DNA of 64,000 bases, the filler included, from Circinaria calcarea (taxonomy: Eukaryota), in the NCBI GenBank assembly GCA_051942165.1. It is 7 parts of 7 records of this genome, joined end to end, with 100 filler letters (N's around TTAATTAATTAA, not from the genome) between each part and the next. Parts side by side here need not be neighbours in the genome. Positions count along the whole stretch, not along the records: positions 55,000 to 64,000 come from JAVECS010001005.1; 6 more parts are not named here. One strand, written 5' to 3'. The translations under genes were made by a program, and so were the position numbers. This document shows, one piece after another, positions 60,281 to 64,000 of this stretch. Position 1 is the first letter of the stretch. Each line of letters begins with the position of its first letter. Below the pieces are notes generated by a model, which searched no databases, had not been told where the DNA came from, and saw only the letters and a list, made by a program, of their open reading frames with translations.

Positions 60281-63138
60281 ATGGTGTTGAACACTATCAC
60301 TGTCGGCGCAGCTGTTACGCCTACCGTTGTCAAAACATACACTTCTCATGTAAGCTACGCTTCCCTGTGCTGATGCGAGATATCTGCTTACCCTTTAGTA
60401 TCTCAACCGAAAACCCCGACGGCAAAGGCCCACAGCACATATTTCGTACGATGAGGGCCTCAACCTCATCCGGCAGTTCCTTCATTATGCCTCACTCCAT
60501 ACGGTCGAGGAAATCCAGGCATTCACCTCGCAATGGGTACCGGTTCCTCGGTGGGTCAAAGTCGAAAAAGTTGCCATTCCAGAAGAGTTCATCTCCAAAG
60601 CGGCGGATGCCATAGTCTCTCAGCTAGGTCATAAGGGTATTGCTAAGGTTGGCGGAAGTACCTGGTGGCGTTGGAGAAGAGAGGGGACTACGTTGAAGGC
60701 GGAGTGGATCGAGATGAGGACCGATTATGACAGGCGGAAGGAAGCTGGTGACAAGGGAAACCGAGTCATGCTATACGTACATGGTGGGGCGTACTTCTTT
60801 GGAAGTACAGACGAGCATCGTTACCAAATGCAGAGGCATGCAAGGAAGCTTAAGGCCAGGGTTTTTGCCCGGTGAGTTCCATGATGAAAGGGGAACTGGT
60901 TGCGAGGGACTGACTGGCTGTAGTGGGTTAATTGACTACGCCTCCCTAATCCACGTGGCTAATGGGCCTTAGCTCGATATCGATTAGCACCTCAATTTCC
61001 TTTTCCGTGCGGTCTTCACGACTGTCTTTCTACGTACTTATACCTGTTGACGGTACAGGACCCGTCAACGATTATTCTAGCTGGTGATTCTGCAGGGGGC
61101 GGGATGGTTGTGAGGTACGTCAAAACCCTCATACGGGAGTATCACTACTAATAATGTGTCCTAGCATGCTAGTGATTCTACGTGACCAGGGTATCCCGCT
61201 GCCGGCAGGTGCAGTGCTGATATCGCCATGGGTAGATCTAACTCATTCTTTTCCAAGCGTCGTTGGTGACAATGCACTCGACTACATACCTACACATGGC
61301 TTCTTGCATAGACCATCACCTGCGTGGCCCCCTCCCAACGCAGATGATATGGAGCAAATTGCATTGCATGGCGTGGAGCAAGTTATCGGAAAGCAAATGC
61401 CAAGCAAATCTACACAGCAAGCGTGGAAAGCAGTAACCGAGGAAGCCGTCGAAGGCTCCTCGGTAGTTTACAACCCAGAGCATACGCTTCCAGAGGAGAA
61501 CCAACGAAATCCCGATATGGCTGAAGGCACCGAGGCAAGACCGGGAATTACAGCTCCACGCGCTGGACATGATCTCGCTATAAATCTCGACGGAAAGTTA
61601 ATTCAAATCAAAGACCAAATTCAGATGTATGCCTCCAATCAGCTAATCTCTCATCCTCTCATTTCGCCGGTACTACAACCATCATTAGGCGGCTTGCCCC
61701 CATTGCTCATTCTTACTGGTGGTGGAGAAGTACTTCGAGACGAACAGATATATTTGGCGCACAAGGCAGCAAACCCATCAAAGTACCCCCCAGGCGAGGC
61801 GTATCTCGAAGAATACCCAGGAGCCAGAGAAAGCATCGGAAAATGGAAACCGACTGATGTCCAACTCCAAGTTTGGGATGACCTATGTCATGTTGCACCC
61901 ACACTTAGCTTCACTCGTCCTGCTAAGTACATGTACCGGTCTATTGCACAGTTTGGCGCTTGGGCTCTTGCTCGTGCTCAGAAAACCGAGATTGAGATCC
62001 TAGACGATGATGATGTTTCGATCATCTCTTCTGGCACCGACACAAGTAGCGACTCTTCTGTGCTCCAAAAGCCCAGAGAGCACAACATCGCAATGCAAAA
62101 TAGCGTTGCACAAGGTGGGGCTATCTCAACGGACAGAGTTGGCAAAGCAGGTGACGCTCTTCCCCCTTTTCGTTCTCACATGATCCGCCAACGCGTCGAC
62201 CGTCATGGCACAATATATCCCCTAGAACCGGCTTCGTCTTTACCAGCGCTAAAGGTTCCATCTCACGAAGTTGGCGTCATAAAACCTGGTCCCGTCCGTA
62301 AGTGGCTAGCAGCTAAGAAAGAGTGGGACACTAAATTCGCAAAGGAGAAGCGTAAAGTGCAGAAGCAGAGGGCTAAGGAGATGGCGAAGGGGTTTCAAGG
62401 GTTTGGGGACGAAGAGGTACCACCCCCTAGTGCACTGGCGGGGAGAAGAGGATTGGATATGCCAAAGGAGGAAAAGCGGAAACGGAGTTGGGGGATGACT
62501 CTCTGGAGCTTGTGGGGAAATTCTCATGATGAGAAGACTGTGAGCTCTGCATCCAACGTGGTCAGAAGAGTTCATGCAGCGCTAACATAAAGCAGATCCA
62601 ACGTGAAGAGAAAGCCGATCGAGACCTCGAAACTAGCACAGCTACTGAATACGACGGCGCAAATGCTCGACCGGCTCATATTTCAGCCATCAATCCTAAA
62701 TCTCGTTCTCGTTCTCGTCGGCGAAACGTTACTGACACAGACCAAACTAACGGCTCAAACGGAAGTGTCAACGAAGACACCTCTGTCGCCGACATCCTCC
62801 GTCTCCGAGAGCAACAGCCAAACTATCCAGGCGAACCTACCGATCACTCCCTCCTTTCTCCTTCTTTCATTCCTCTCCCACAGAGTCCAAGCACCGCATC
62901 CCCGGCTGCGCTAGCGACTGACAACGATTTCAAAGGTAGAGTTTCGAGCCCCGAAAGGCCCACCGCTGGCGGTATGGTATCTCCTTTTAAGCTGGGCAGG
63001 AGATTGGGAGATGACGGCGTCAATGCTAGTACGTTTACGCTAGAGAGCGAGGAAGGTGTTTTGGGTAGGGAAGGGAATATGTCGGCGGAGGGAAAGAGAC
63101 CGGAGGTGGAGAGGTGGGAGACTGCAAAGGAGGGGTAA
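60281..63138 (+). CDS. Alpha/beta-hydrolase, HSL-like lipase/esterase (multi-exon)
   Basis: [58 protein letters not shown]. Confidence 0.9.
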
Positions 63139-63463
63139 TGACAAGGGGTGGCGGAGAATGGAGAAATTGGATGCGTATGGTCACGGGGCATTAGCGGTTC
63201 TGAAAGCATAGATGGCGGTTTGATTATTTTATCGAGGCATGCGGATACGGACTGGGGATTACGATAAATTGGAGCTAATGTTATCAATGAAGGTCGATAA
63301 TGGTAATCCTTAATACAGAGGTGATACTATTGTTCTGATTCTTTACACACAGGTTTTCTTCTGCAAACCATAATCGTCATCGGCATCGGCCTTTTAAAGG
63401 GGGTTGGACGCCGTGCTGGTTCTTGTCACAAAGCTAGCGGACGGGTCTAAGCGTCAGCATCTA

Positions 63464-64000
63464 TTACATCCCCAACTTCCCCGCCAACCCTTCCGCGATC
63501 CGCATGAACACCCGCGCATGCGCCCCTTCCGGATCCGCCACCACCGTCGGCTTCCCGCGGTCCGCATCGCTGCAGATGCTGGCGTGCAGCGGGAGATCGC
63601 CGAGGAATTCGATGGCGTGGGTGGCGCATTCGCGCAGGACGCCTTGGGAGCCGAAGATGGGGGTGCAGTGGGCGCAGTGCGGGCAGGTGAACGAGGACAT
63701 GTTTTGGATCATGCCGAGGAGCTGGGGGGTTGCGGGTTGGTGGTTAGTAATTATGGTTTTGGGGGTAAGAGCCGGGTGGAGGGAGGGGACGAACGGGAAC
63801 GTCAACTTTACGGAACATGCCTATGCCTTTTACGGCGTCTTTGAGGGCGATGTCTTGGGGGGTGGAGACGATGACGGCGCCTGTTTGCATGTTAACGATT
63901 GATATTAACGTGAGCCTTGTCAGAGACTGAACCATCAAGCTTGATTTGCTGTGTGATCGTCAACTGCGTATCCCCGGTTCCTGGCGGTAGATCCAGGACG
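63464..64000 (-). CDS. IND1: Mrp/NBP35-family Fe-S P-loop NTPase, Ind1/NUBPL-like, 5'-partial
   Basis: [17 protein letters not shown] / [19 protein letters not shown] / [31 protein letters not shown]. Confidence 0.8.

Noticed and set aside
60872..60972. ATGATGA and CTGA in a lipase intron as a second snoRNA
   Set aside because: The boxes are only about 25 nt apart, there is no terminal D box, and no recognisable guide.

Overview
This window is not one locus. It is seven unrelated ~9.06-9.07 kb contigs, sorted by size and joined by artificial N/TTAATTAATTAA/N linkers. Six contigs are intron-containing nuclear DNA of a filamentous ascomycete. They carry housekeeping genes (MET6, ORC5, CHZ1, BET1, MHF1/CENP-S, UVE1, KAP123, TSR2, IND1-like, probable cohesin Scc3/Psc3 tail), a PTH11-like membrane protein, an EthD protein, a P450, an alcohol dehydrogenase and a lipase, plus several decayed genes, a MITE-like hairpin and an intronic snR71-like snoRNA. 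Contig 36678-45739 is different: AT-rich, intronless and readable in the mold mitochondrial code (TGA=Trp). It looks like a linear mitochondrial plasmid (invertron) with an intact protein-primed family-B DNA polymerase and a T7-type RNA polymerase converging on a perfect 40-bp palindrome. The main result, invisible in the supplied ORF track, is its mirror symmetry. Both polymerase genes have homologous 5' leaders, and each is preceded by an inward-pointing accessory ORF. The two accessory ORFs share a Trp-rich ~48-aa domain I cannot assign, and the longer one is a predicted membrane-anchored, low-complexity protein with a His-rich tail.
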